Assembly (NCBI GenBank): GCA_051294375.1
Contig: CM119271.1
Coordinates: forward strand, 6,065,991 to 6,129,990
Length of the DNA stretch: 64,000 bases
DNA from: Paraspadella gotoi
Taxonomy: Eukaryota > Animalia > Chaetognatha
Reading direction: 5' to 3'
Part shown: piece by piece, positions 11,462 to 25,000 of the stretch
How positions within the stretch are numbered: position 1 is the first letter of the stretch
How the letters are laid out: the number at the start of each line of letters is the position of its first letter
Position numbers and translations under genes: made by a program
Notes under the pieces: generated by a model
The model's database searches: none
Told to the model about the DNA's origin: nothing
Seen by the model: the letters and a program-made list of their open reading frames with translations, nothing else

Positions 11462-14400
11462 CTCTCTCTCTCTCCATACCATCACTTCACATCGAATCAT
11501 ATCAGATCTCCGATCACCTTGGCGAGACCGAACCCTTCGGAAAACAACATGATCTCGCAGATTTGCTGCAGATCCGGCACTATGCAAACGACGGGTCTGA
11601 AGAGAGCCTTCACCGACTCCGGCAATTCGGTACGACCAGCGTAACCGGGATTCATGGTGATGATGATACCAACGCGCCCGTCGAGCGGAATCTCGTGACC
11701 TTCGAACTTATGGGAGTTGAGTTGGGGTGTGGAAGGGGAATGAGGTAAAAGACGGGAAAGAGAAAGAGAGAAAGATGAAGAGGAATGGAAAGAAAAATAA
11801 TTCGCCCCCCCCAAAAAAAAAACTCAATTTTGACTCACGCTAAATAAGGTGAGTTTGGACTGAAGAGCCTTTTGAATGACTTGGATCTGAGTAGCAATGA
11901 CGGACAAAACTTCGGCTTCGATTCTGTTAAACTCGTCGAAGCAGCCCCAGGCGCCGTTCATGCAGAAACCCATAAACAGTTTGCCTATTTGCTGCGGGAG
12001 AGGAAGGTTGGTTGAGCGGATAAGGGGGGGTTTAATTGTTGCTTAATGGTCAGGTGGACTTACACATTTTTAGTTGCGCCGAGAGTACTAGCTACTACTT
12101 TTCGGTCGGTCGGTCGGTATGTCCGTCGGTCTTAAAAAATTGTCATTGTTCAAGACAAAAATTTACCCGAAAAATGAGGTTAATCAAAAAAGTTTCAAAA
12201 TGTACAAAAGTTTTATGGTCATCTCACCCCAAAGTCAATGCTGAAAAAGTCATAAACTTCATAAAATAAGAAGATCATTTTCACCTTAAAGTCCATCCCT
12301 TCCCCGCAGTTGGTGACGATACAAAGAAGACCCAAGGCTTTGGCCAGATCCTTTGTCGTCTCGGTCTTTCCGGTGCCTGCGGGACCGGCCGGAGCCCCAC
12401 CCAGGAACATTGAATGGGCTTGGGTCAAGGTCAGATAGATCCTTAAGGACAATGAACGACGAAGTCTCTTTAGTATCAAAAATCTCAAACTAAGACAATT
12501 TAATTAGCCTAATCTTAAAAAAAAAAATCCTCAACAAAGGTTTGAGCGCAATACAATTACAAATTAAAATGCATTAGACTAAGCGAAACCCCAAACCTCA
12601 CCTGTCCGTGAGAGGCGTAATGACCAGCCGACCATTAAGTCCCATGTACTCGTAACCGTAGTAAAAAGCGCAGGTGCATTGACGTACGAGCAGCTGATCC
12701 GATTCTCGCTCCCAGTAGAAGCGGAGCTGCATTTCCCAACTGAACTCACGGGCGTCCAAAATGCTGCGTGGGAAATGTTGGAAACATAGTATTTCTTGTT
12801 ATTAGTCGTTGCTTTTATTTGTTGTTAGATGTTGTTATTTATGTTGTTCCTTGTTTGTTTCGGTTAGTCGTGTGGTGGAGATTAAGCTTTCTCTCACTCA
12901 GCCAATCCCAAATGGTTTCTATAAATTTCCGAAAACTGAATACTTGCCTGTCTCGCACGAAGCCGTCGGTGATGTCTCTAGTGTGCACGTCGACGATGAG
13001 GACCGTGTTCATCTTCCTTCGGTCCAGAGACTTCATCTTCGGGTTTCTAACTCCCTCCACCAACTCTTGGATCTGGCCGTGCGTCTTTTTCGCGTAGTTC
13101 TTCATCGCCAGTTTATGTTCGCCGCCCTTCTTGACCTTCTTGAAGACGTCCTCGACCTCCCAGGTCCACCAAACCTGATTCCCCGCCAGAACAACCATGC
13201 CCTGGTAGTCCAACATCCAGTCGAACCTTTGGAAAGAAGACAGAAACATCATGAATCGGACGAAAGGTTATTACTTAACAAAAGAAGACGAAACGAACCT
13301 CGTTTTCTCGTAAGCGTAATAAAATATGGCCTCCTTGGTGATGAGCCTGTTCGCCTTGAGCATCTCCTTCAACACCGTCGTCATCCACTCCTCGACTTTG
13401 CCGTCCGCGACGACGGCCTTGCGAAATTCCATGACCTCGCCCTCGGCCGACCGCATCCCCGTCGCCAGAGTCTCATTGTTTCCGCCTTTGGTGAAGTTTA
13501 AACTCCCGATGTTGTCGTACATCTGACCGAGGAGAGAGGATGGGTGGGTGTTACGTGACGGTGTTACAGCACTTGGCATTGCCCACTTTGCTTGCAACAG
13601 ACAGTTATTAATTTCTAAAAGTTTAAAATTTTGACGTGACGCAGCTCTCATCATCGTCGCCTTTCAACAGATGTGTGGTGCCGTTATGAATATATGAGTA
13701 TGTTCATGAATACCATAGGCAATGTCCACCGGTGATTATTCAAAAAAACTACCATCAATACAATACCACAAATATTAATTTAATTGAATAAATATAATGA
13801 ATATAATGAAATATTTTTGTTTCAGTTTCAGCATCATTGACAAACAAGATTACCTCTTTTTTTAAAAATAATAAGCAAATGAGTTTCAAAGTGAGGCTTG
13901 AAAAAACAAATGAGCAATCCGAGAGTCAATTCGATGACGTCGTCGACAAATAAGACGACGCCTAAACAACCGGAAAAGTCCTTACTTCCCTTAAACTCAC
14001 CTTTATCATGTGCTCCTGAACGCAGGTCGGCTCCGACGATCCAAGTATGCTGAGCAGTTCGTCATCAGAGATAAAAAAGAAGCGAGCGAAGGCCTGACGT
14101 TTCGAGTCCAAATAGTCGGTCAACGCTTTCTGACATTTCTCCAGACCGTCGGAGAGGTTTTCCAGGTCATTGAATCGATTCGGCACGTGACACGCCTCCT
14201 TCACGTTCGGCTTTTTCACCGTGTCCGCCATGATCTGGAAAAGGAAGGTGGTGAGTCGGTGAGTCGGTGAGTCGGTTGTCAGCGTTTTGGGAATTCTTAA
14301 AACATCCTAATAAATGGAACATACTGATGTGGCATTTTCTTGATTCGTCTCTTCAAACGCAACAGACACGCAAAACCGTACGATTCCAACGATTCTGTCA

Positions 14401-17400
14401 ATTCTCCTCAAGTTGTCTATTTATTGCTTCTGGCCAAACTTAAGCGAATTCGATTGTTATTGTTATTCATTACTGACATCTACTTACAACTATTTTCCAA
14501 TACTTTTTCTCTCAGGCTTTTTCGACAATCGTCAGCAATTCCCTGCTCAAACCTTTCTAAAAGTCTTATCGATGTTGTCGAACTTCTTGGCCTCCTCCGG
14601 CAACTGAGATCGGATGTCGCCGCCGACGAAGATGCTCTCCAAGTACATCCACTTCCGCTGCACAACGATCCAGATGTCGATGACCTCGCTGATCAGAGAG
14701 AGAGCTTTCTCCCAGGACTGCACCGTTGCGAGGAAGGGGCCGATGAAGCTGGTAAAAAAGGGAAGTCGGGAGGTGGATGAAGATGCATCGAATACCAGAT
14801 TCATCATTTGTTTTCAAGAAGCATCGTCTGAAAACTTACTTGCTCTTTATTAGTTGCGCCGCGAGTACCCGCGGAGCAACTCTATAAGTCACTTTTCGGT
14901 CGGTCTGTCGGTCGGTCGGTCAGTATGTCTCTCCGTCGGTCTGTCCCACTTAGATTAATTCGATGCTCATCTGTTAAAACCGGAATAGAACCGCAAAGCT
15001 CAGCGACTGCTAGAGCTATCTTTCGTTTTTAAAGAAAACTATAAAGAATAAAAAACGTGATTCCAACACAGCGCATGTCGAAAATATTCGGAAATACACG
15101 GGATAAGAAAGTTACTGCGGCGCAACACACATTAAAATTACTATTCTTATTTCTTATATATAATATATATAATATTACAAAATTTAATAATTCAATTGGT
15201 GCGTTAACGAGTGTCCTATTTTATGTAATTGCATCTCAAAGTGATCTTGCGGCGAAGCAAAAATTAATATGCACAAAGCGCGTCTCTTCATATATCACCC
15301 ATATGCAAAGTTTAGTATTTGGAAACAGACAGACAGACCGGCGCAACTAGAAACAGACCAGGGAATTAACGCTGATATAAAATCTCCTCACCGCGAGGCC
15401 GACATGCTCTGCAGGTTCATGGCGTTGTCCTCGATCGCTGTGCCGATCTCGTCCACGGGACCGAGAATAAACCCGCGATCCGAAACTCCTTTGATATATC
15501 GAATCACGGTGAACTTCATGTTCTCCCAGATTTCTTGAACTTCCCTCACGCCCTACGATGGGGGAAGGAAAGTAAGAGCTTGATGGCAGGATAACTTCCC
15601 GTTGGCCAACTGCCATTGTATTAAATTGCATTAAATTACATTCATTGATAGGGAAGCAAGGTACTCTGGGAGTAAATAAACGAGACTGTGAGAGAGTCTT
15701 GATTGAAAGCTTGCAGGAACCTGCTCTTTCATTATCTTGTAAGAGTGATGAAGGCCTTAAACCACCAACGCCTGTCCAAAGTCAGGGGCAAGATGGCTTA
15801 TTTATAAAATGAATGGATAATTTTCATATTGATTGTACCAATTTCATAAAACGAGTTTCGACCCAAACTTGTGCCACGTACCTTTTCGATGCTTAACTCC
15901 TTGACGGCGGAAGTCACGATTTCCCCGATCGTATCCTGGTAATTGTGAAGACCCATGGCGAACAAGTTGGCCAGGGTGAACGTCTCCGGGTTCATGTCAA
16001 ACTCTTTGCCAGTCTTGACCATCAGCTCTTTCCAATGCCTAATTTCATGGATTGTTTTAATGACGGCCGCTTGATATCGACAAAAAATGGGTAATCCAAA
16101 ATTTTGAATAAGTTTGATTGATTGATTGATTATTTAATTAATGAATGGATCGATTGAAGTTTTATTTTTTTGGGTTTATAATTGGTTGGATAACGGTTTA
16201 AATAATTAAATAAACTCATATTTAATTACCTGTCCCTCAACGCCTCGTTCTTCAAATCCATGAAGAGCGGGATGGAGTCTTTGAACTCCTTCATCTTCGC
16301 CTCCAAGACTTTGGCCACCTCCATCCCTTTAACGTCGCGCGGAAGACGGCGGAACTGCTTCAGCAGCGACTCGATCCCGTCGAGCAGATGCTGCACGTCC
16401 AGGTTGGCCCAAAGGGTCTCCGCCCACTCCGCCCGGGCTCGCTTTCGCGCGAGAGGGGAAAGGAAGGGAGATAAGAAACGATGGATGTCAAGAGACGAAA
16501 TAATACGTGTATTTGCACAAAAATCACGCTCTCCGCTCGAATTACGTTCTGCTCTTCGTAGAGTCCGTAGATCATCTCCAGGCCTCTCATCTCCTTCTGA
16601 ATGAACTGCATCTCCGGATACATTGTGATCGGGATGTCGAACAGTTTCTCCGCGTTGGCCAATTCCAGCCGGGTGTTCTCAAACTTGCCCATCTCCATCT
16701 TGAAGGGCTTCATGCGTTCCAGGCCTGGAAAAGGATGGAAAGAGAGTGAGGTATAAAGGAAGAAAAAAAGAAAGAGATGAAGATATAAACAAATAAAAAA
16801 AATTAAAGATAAAAAAAAAGAAAAGTTCTGTAATAACAAGAAAACAAAAAAAAGGAGAAAAAATGAAAAAAAGGAAATTAAAAAAAAATTAAGGCAGAAA
16901 CAAACAAAAAAAGAGAAAAAAAAAAACAATATGAAAATAAAGAGAAAGAGAAAGAAAGAAAAAAAAACAGAATGAGAAAATAAAGAAAACACACGAAAAA
17001 AAAAGAGAGAAAAAAAATTGAAGAAGGAAGGGCGTTCTTCCCTGACCCAAATCTAAGTCGGTCCCAATGTTTCCGGGTCCGTCTTTCAAGAACCGCAAAT
17101 AGAACTGGTGCAGATCGCCCGTGTAGTCGACGATGTGAACCATGGTGATCTCGGTGAACTTCTTCTTCACAACCACCAAAGATGCCTCCACCACCTTCGA
17201 CTCCAGGAAGAGCGCCTCCCAAGTATCCTTCATGGAGCGCTGAAGATCGAGCTCTTCTTGGGTCACCTAAGATGGAAAGATTTGTTATTAATTTATTTAT
17301 TTATTTTTATGTTTGTTTTCTTTTTTTTTCTTTTTTAGTCGGATCTGCTTATCAGCAGATCCCGACTCTATAACTCACTTTTTCGGTCCGTCGGTCCGCC

Positions 17401-19220
17401 CCCTCAATATTGTCGGGCACACACTTATATCATGTCAGAACATCGAATTATGATAAAATTATGCAAAAAAAATGATGTCGTCCGTCCGTCTGTCTGTCGT
17501 CCCGTCCGTCCGTCGTCCGTCCGTCCCGTCCGTCCCACCTTAGCAAAAAAACTCCAATTACCCGTGATTGGATGGATGGATTGGTATGAAAATTTTTGTG
17601 TGTGGGTAGGAAACTGGTGTGATTGAGATGGATATGAGTATTTCGAGGGAATCGTTGCGAGTGGAACTTGGGTTAAATGAAAAAACAAAAAAATATACTT
17701 CACTATTTGAACGCCAAAATTGCTCATGAGTGGAATAGTGCAATTGACTTGAAATTTTGTATGATGGTAGGAAAGTGTTGTGATTGAGCCGGAATATAAA
17801 GTTTCGAATGGATCGTGCGAGTGGAAAATGAGTAAAAATGGAAAAAACAAAAGTCATATTTACTTGAAGTATTTTTTACTTAATTTACTCATAATATTTT
17901 GTTTATTAAAAATTGGATAGATAAATCGAAATTGATTTTGTGTGTGGTAGGAAAGTATGTTGATAAAGCTGGATAAAAATTTTTTGAAATGGAATCGTAG
18001 GAGTGGAAAAAGAGTTCAAATTAGAAAACCAAAAGACACATTTATTTTGAATTTTTAAGTTTCTCTCTCTCTCTCTCTGATGATTGATGATTGATTGATT
18101 GATTGAATGACCAAATTAATGGTAATTGACCAAATTATGCCAGTTGACCAAACTCTGCAAGTTAATCAAGTTTTTGCAAAGTTGACCAAATTATGCCTGT
18201 TGACCAAATTAGGCTAGTTGATAAAATTAGCAGTTAACCAAATTATGCCGGTTGACCAAATTATCTTAATTGATCAAATATGTCAGTTGACCAATTATGT
18301 CAGTTGACCAAATTATGTCAGTAGACCAAATTATGTCAGTTAACAAATTATGCAAGTTGATTAAATTATGCAGTGACCAGATAGCTTATTACATTAATTA
18401 TCGACTTGACCTGGAATTTTGTATGTGAGTAGAAAAGTGTGTGATTGAACAGGAAACCAAGTTTCGATGGATCTTTGAGTGGAAATGAAGTTTAAATGGA
18501 AAAAACAAAAAAAACCTGTTTCACTAATTGATTATGCTTCTTTTTCCCTTTTATATTAAATGTTATATGCAGGATGTATTAATAAGTCAAATATTAATCA
18601 GTTAATTAATCAATTAGTCAATTAATTAATCATAATTAATAATCAGTCAATCAATCCGTCCATCCGTCCCACCTTAGCAAAAAGCTCCAATACTCTGAAT
18701 TGGCTGGTTGGATTGAAATGAAATTTTGTGTGTGGGTAGGAAAGTGTGTGATAAAGCTGGATATTAATTTTCGACGGAATCGTGTGAGTGGAAATGAGTT
18801 TAAGTGGAAAAAACATAAGTCGCATTTACTAAAATCTTTTACTTATTTTAACCAATAAGTACTCTAATTAATCATAATTGGATGGATAGATTGAGTTCAA
18901 ATTTTTTGTGTGGGTAGAAAAATGTGTATCGATGCTTGATTAAAGTTTCGGGGAAACGTAACGAGTGGAAATGAGTTAAATGAAAAAAATATGAAAGTCA
19001 CATTTACTTGAATCTTTTACTTATTTTAAACCCATAATAGATTGAGATGAAATTTTGTGAGCGGGTAGGAAAGTGTGTGAAAAAAGCTAGATATAAAGTT
19101 TTTGAGTGGAATTGTGCCAGTGGAAATGAGTTTAAATGAAAAAAAAAAAGTCACATTTACTTGAAGCAGAAAAAATGATACAAGTTAAAAAAATCCTAAA
19201 GCATAAGGATCGTCGCAATT

Positions 19221-19279
<59 letters not shown>

Positions 19280-19917
19280 AGTAAATGAGCATAAGGATCG
19301 TCGCAATTTCAAAGAGAGAGAGAGAGGAGAGAGAGAGAGAAGAGAGAAGAGAGAGAGAGAGAGAAGAGAGAGAAGAAAGAAGAAAAAGAGAGAGAGTCCG
19401 AGATGAAAAAATAGCGAATAAAAAAGTTGTTATTTTACTCACTGAATAAAAATACTTAAAAATACTACAAAATACATAAAATTGATAAATTATTATTCCG
19501 ATAACATTGTTTATATCACATGCATATATCTAGTAAGGCTTAATATCTAGTAAGGCGGGCCAAAATTGAACACTTTTATAACTTCTAGTTCTCTTTAAAT
19601 TTTTTTCCTTTTATACTAAATCGATTTTCATATAACTTTTTGAATTAGTTCATTGGGTTGTTGCACTGAAGCTTTTATAATATTTATTAATATATAATAA
19701 TATATAAAGTATTACGGAATTGTGCCAGGGGAAATGAGTTTAGATGGAAAAAACATAGTCACATTACTTGAATCTTTAAATATTAATGATTACTAATAAA
19801 TGTTTTAAATTAATTAATGAATTAATTAATTAAATTAATGTGAAAAAATGATGCAAGTTTAAATTCTGGAAAGCATAAAGATCGTCGCAATTGCAGAAAA
19901 AAGAGAGGAGAGAGAGA

Positions 19918-19975
<58 letters not shown>

Positions 19976-22060
19976 GTGAGTGAGAGAGAGTGAGTGAGAG
20001 AGAGAGAGAGAAGGAGACATAAAAAATAAAATAGAGGATATTTGTTTGTTTTGATAAAATGTAAAAAAAACATATTTAATAACTGTCCCTAACCCAATTT
20101 TAAAGGACATCGATGATGATAAGCTGAATATAAATTTAAAATTAATTATTAACATATTAAAATTAATTAATTAATTAATTAATTAATTAATTAATCGATT
20201 AATTAATTAATTATTAATTTATTTATTTATTTTTATGTTTGTTTCTATTTTTTTTTTTTTGGTCAATCTGTCTCGCTTTTACTTCCTTTTTTTTCCCCCG
20301 TCTTTCATTTCATTTCTTAACTTTGTACTGTAACTGTTACCCCTCTAGCTATCTTTTGTAATAACCTAGTCCCGAGGACAGCTTTTTCACCCCATCCCAT
20401 CACTCACAGCAATGTTGTACATCAGCATCGTCCTGTATCTCTCCTCCAGATCCAAATATTGAAACTCGACTTCGAGCGACATGTCCTTGATGTCGTTGAT
20501 GGTCGAGAGAACGAATTTGAGGTCATCCATGGAATCTATGACTCTGTCGAAACGCAAGGAAGGTCGTCATGGACTTGAAAAAAATTCCCCCCAAAAAATA
20601 AACCTCTCTCGTGCCAACCCCCTCCCCCAGCTCACTCACTTGGCCAAGTCCTTTGTCTTGTGCTCCAGTTCGGCTTTCAGAAGGTAGAGCTTCTCCTTGG
20701 AGGAATCCTGCAACGACTTGGCGATGAGGGCGATCCAAGCGCGAATATGCTCCTTGACGGTGGACGCGAGCGGCGCTAGGGTGAGACGAATCAATTCGAG
20801 ATCTTTGTGCTTCGGGAGTTCGTGGATCTATTTTCGGATGGGGGGGGGGGTAAAACGACGAATTTCGATGTCGTAAGGGTCATTGCAATTTCATCACTGC
20901 CGATTAGCCAATCAAAGGCTTTTCACAAATGTTTCATTTTTTTTTAAATTGTAATGTACCATACGCAGTAAAATCGTTGAGCTAATATTTATCTACCAAA
21001 GATAGCGTAAAAAGAATGAGTGATAGAGCGTTAGCAAAAAGAAAAAAAAACTATTTACCAACTAAATTGTAAACGAATTTTTATCGGTGATAAACGGTTA
21101 AATATAAGCCGGTCAGTAGGCCAGGTCCTCCATCACCTCGTCCAGAGTCCTGTAGTAAAAGACGAGCTTCTCGTCGTGCATTCCCACGGTCGGAATCTTG
21201 AGGAACCACTTCTCCAGACTCGCGTGTTTGTCAGGTTTCCACAGATTCCGGAACTTTTTCCACACCGACAAGTAACGCTGTAGCCTTGAGAGAGCCCTCT
21301 GGAAATTGAGCTGGATGAAAAGGGGGAAAAAAATAGGATATTAATTCTGGAGCAGAATAGGAATAGAAACCTCGCTGCCACGTGCAGTTATTACTTTTTG
21401 GTAAATGTATAGTTTTAAAATTTTGATACGATCTGGATGAAACAGTATTACAATTTTTTTTTTCTCGAAATGACCGCCACCGTTTTAAGAACGAAAATAG
21501 TATAAATCTGTTATAGTTATCATATGAAATAGTTAAAAAAAAAAATGAAATTGAAATCGAACATACAACCCAAAACGAATTCGAAAAATGAAAAATTAAC
21601 TTTGAATCGTCTCCTCCAGTCACCACGAGCTTCCGGACCTGAATGCTGCCAACGAGTTCGACGACCTCCGTGTTCTGCGCGACTTGAGGGAAGAAGTTGA
21701 AACTAATTTCGTCGTCCTCGCCGTCGACGCGTTGGGGCGGCGCCTCCACGCACGTCCCGTTCATCCAACGCTGAAACACTTTGGTTCTGAGGGGGGGACG
21801 TGGGGGGTGATGAAGAATGGAGAATTGTTCTCAACCGATAGTAAAAGTTCGCAACACTTTTTTTTTAAAGTCAAAAATAACAACAACGACACAACCGCAT
21901 TGCATCAGAGAACGATTATCATGGCATCAATAAATGATTATCATGGCATCAATAAATGATTATCATCGCATCAATAAATGATTATCATCGTACCTCTGAA
22001 TAACTATCATTGTACCCATGTATTATTATCTTCGCGTTTTTAAATAACTATTGTCGTGCA

Positions 22061-22093
<33 letters not shown>

Positions 22094-25000
22094 TCCAATA
22101 TCAAAAAATAAAAATCATGAATTGCGAATCATATATTAAAAATAGTGAATTTACGATGGTGAATTGACGATCATGAAGACGAAGATCATGAAGTAACGAT
22201 CGCGAAGAGGCTCACGAGAAGTAACGATCGGGAAGAGACGATTGGGAAGTCACGATCTTGAGTTGACTTTTTTTACTTTTACTTTGAATTTTTGCCGTAT
22301 GATTGATTGATTGATTGATTGCCAGATTGTTTTGTTGTATTATTAAGAAATCTGTTATGATTGGTTATGTTATGATCTGTTCTTATCAGATATTAAAATA
22401 TACGGCTAAATTATCGTAGGCGGATCTAACATTTTTTTGAATATTATGAATATTATGAATATTATGAATATTATGAATATTATGAATATTATGCATCCGT
22501 AATCAATGAATCCTTAGAAGTTAGATGATCTTCTAAACAGAATTGTCTCCACTATTCTCACTCACCCTTCGACCAAATCTAGGACACATTGATAGCAGAT
22601 TTTGCTGACTTCGTTAGCAGGCGGGTGAAGGACGACGTCAGGCGCCGCCAACAGGCACTCCACCTGCAAGAACGTCGAGAGTAATGTCAATAAAGATGAT
22701 TATATGATGATAAGATGTTAATGGCAAAGATGAAAATTATTAGAATAATAATGACGATGATAAGGATTATCCTGATAATTATATAAGGAAGGAACCTTTG
22801 ATACAACCAAGAATGAGATTGAGTTCATCAATCTCATTTGCATATTGTCGTATTGACATCGACTTGTCATTAATTCTGTTCCTGTGTCATTTCATGTTCT
22901 CATTTTACGAATTCACTTTTCTCATTAGTGTAGCAATCGATGATAATGATTGATTAGAGAGTTTGGGACATTTATTGATAATAATTATTTTAGGACCATT
23001 TAGCTCTCTTACAATTACAATTATGATGACGATATTGATAACGATGATGACAAACGAGAACCTGAAATCTGGCGATTGTCGAAGAGGTGACGGCATCGTT
23101 GAATCGCTGAAGATTCTTAACAACTATTTTGGTGATGCTGTTGAAGACCCTGTCGAGGAAGAAAAGAGAGAGTGTAAATGACAAGACAGAAAGACAAAGA
23201 GACAAACGGTCACGTCGACGGACAGCGAAACAGACAGAGAGTCAGTCTTCCAAAGAAAACCTGAGTTCCCAATAGTTGTAGTATTCCAAAAGCTTCGGCT
23301 CCTTGCCCGAGTTTGTACCCATGACGAGCCCCTCCATCTTCGTCAGAAGAGGACCGATAGTGCGGTATCTGGTGTTGATGACCTCGTATTCCCTCGCCCG
23401 CTCCTTGGCAACGTACTCGAAAAATTCCTGCAGTTTTTTTTTCCGAAAGGGATCGACGGCGAGGTAAATTATTGGATTTTCGCTTTAATATGAGTTTTAT
23501 TTCGAATTTAACAAGGTTGATTCAGTACATACATGAGCATCAAAAAAGCTAAGACTAAAGACAAAACAAAATTAAAGATGGCATGAAAACTACCACTATA
23601 GACAAAACAATGTTAAAGCAAAATAGTTCAATCATTAAAGAATGCGACTATTCTTTTGAGAACTAAATTTTTCGAACAGTAGATCTTAGAAATAAAATTC
23701 TTTGTACGTTGGTTAAACATGGTAATAATGTCACAGTAACCAAACATACTCCGTAGCTTGAGTCTTAACTATTCATAATTAATTAAAAACGTTGACATCG
23801 ATTGAATACTTTCCAATTTAAAATTCATCCCACCCTCCACCCCTTCTTCCCACCTTGGCGCTCGGGAGGCCGTAGCCTGGAATCTGCGGAGGGTAGCAAA
23901 AGAGATTGGCCTCCTCGATGTCCCGCAGTCTCGAGTTGATGTCCTGACTGCTTTTCTTGATTTGGTTGTTGAGCGACTCGAACTTGGCGATCCAGTGCTC
24001 ACACTTGACAAGGAACTCCGGGATGCCTGGACCCGAAAAAAAAAACTCTCTCCTTCACCTATTTGTTCTTTTATTTCTTTATCCCTCACCCAGCGAGTTC
24101 CAGTTAAGCCTCGACGCCCCGGGCGAAATGATTCGCCTCAACTGCACAATGTGTTCGTACAGTAGGTGAACCTCCGACTCGTGCAGGCCGCCCAGCACTT
24201 CGTAGTACCGCAGCAGCATGTGTTGGAGACCGCCGTAATAGCCGACGTACCTGAAAGGCAAATAAACTTGCACATTAGCCTCTGCAAGGGATACCTAAAG
24301 AATTTCGACCACGCCGCACTTTTCCTCCTGCAACGCCACATTGCGAGCCAATTCCGGCACCGGGAAATCCAACTTCTCCATCAACCGGGATTCCGCGATT
24401 ATCTCCGTCAACTTTTCCGGAAAATCGACGGAGTATTTGGGTTCGCCTGAAGAGAGAAAAGAATAACGATGACGATCACTAAAAAAACAATTATTTGCGA
24501 GTGGTTTACGGTGGTAATCCCTTTTACTTTGCTACTCTGAAAAGGATTGACTGCAATACAGAACTAAAAATTATTTTTTCGCTTTGAAAAATAATATCAA
24601 TGAGGCGACTTACCACCGGTCTCTCTCTTTCTCTCTCTTTTTCGTCTTCTACATCAACTTATAAAAGTTAAAATGGGTTTCCGTCATCCTTAACTTAATT
24701 GTTGAATTTCACTTAACAACTTAACTTATATACAGTAGATACTAATCGACAAACGTACGGTCGAAAGACTCTACCGAAATCGCCGAGCGCGATGTCAAAA
24801 TCTTTCGCGTCGAGTTCCTCCTTCAATTCGTCCACGCGAATCAGGACGTGCCGCTTGAGCAGCGACGGCAGCGCCGCCATCGCGGACTCGACCCAACCCG
24901 CGTAGCAACGCTCTTCGTAGGTCCTCATCTCTCGGGCCACGGCCATGTATTGAGCGCGGACCTTTAAAAAACGTCATTATATATTATATATTGGAGAGAA

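Noticed and set aside
16360-17266. Long Phe/Leu/Ser-rich ORF extensions (also 35230-35769 and 60704-60998)
   Set aside because: Translations of low-complexity purine/pyrimidine intron tracts.
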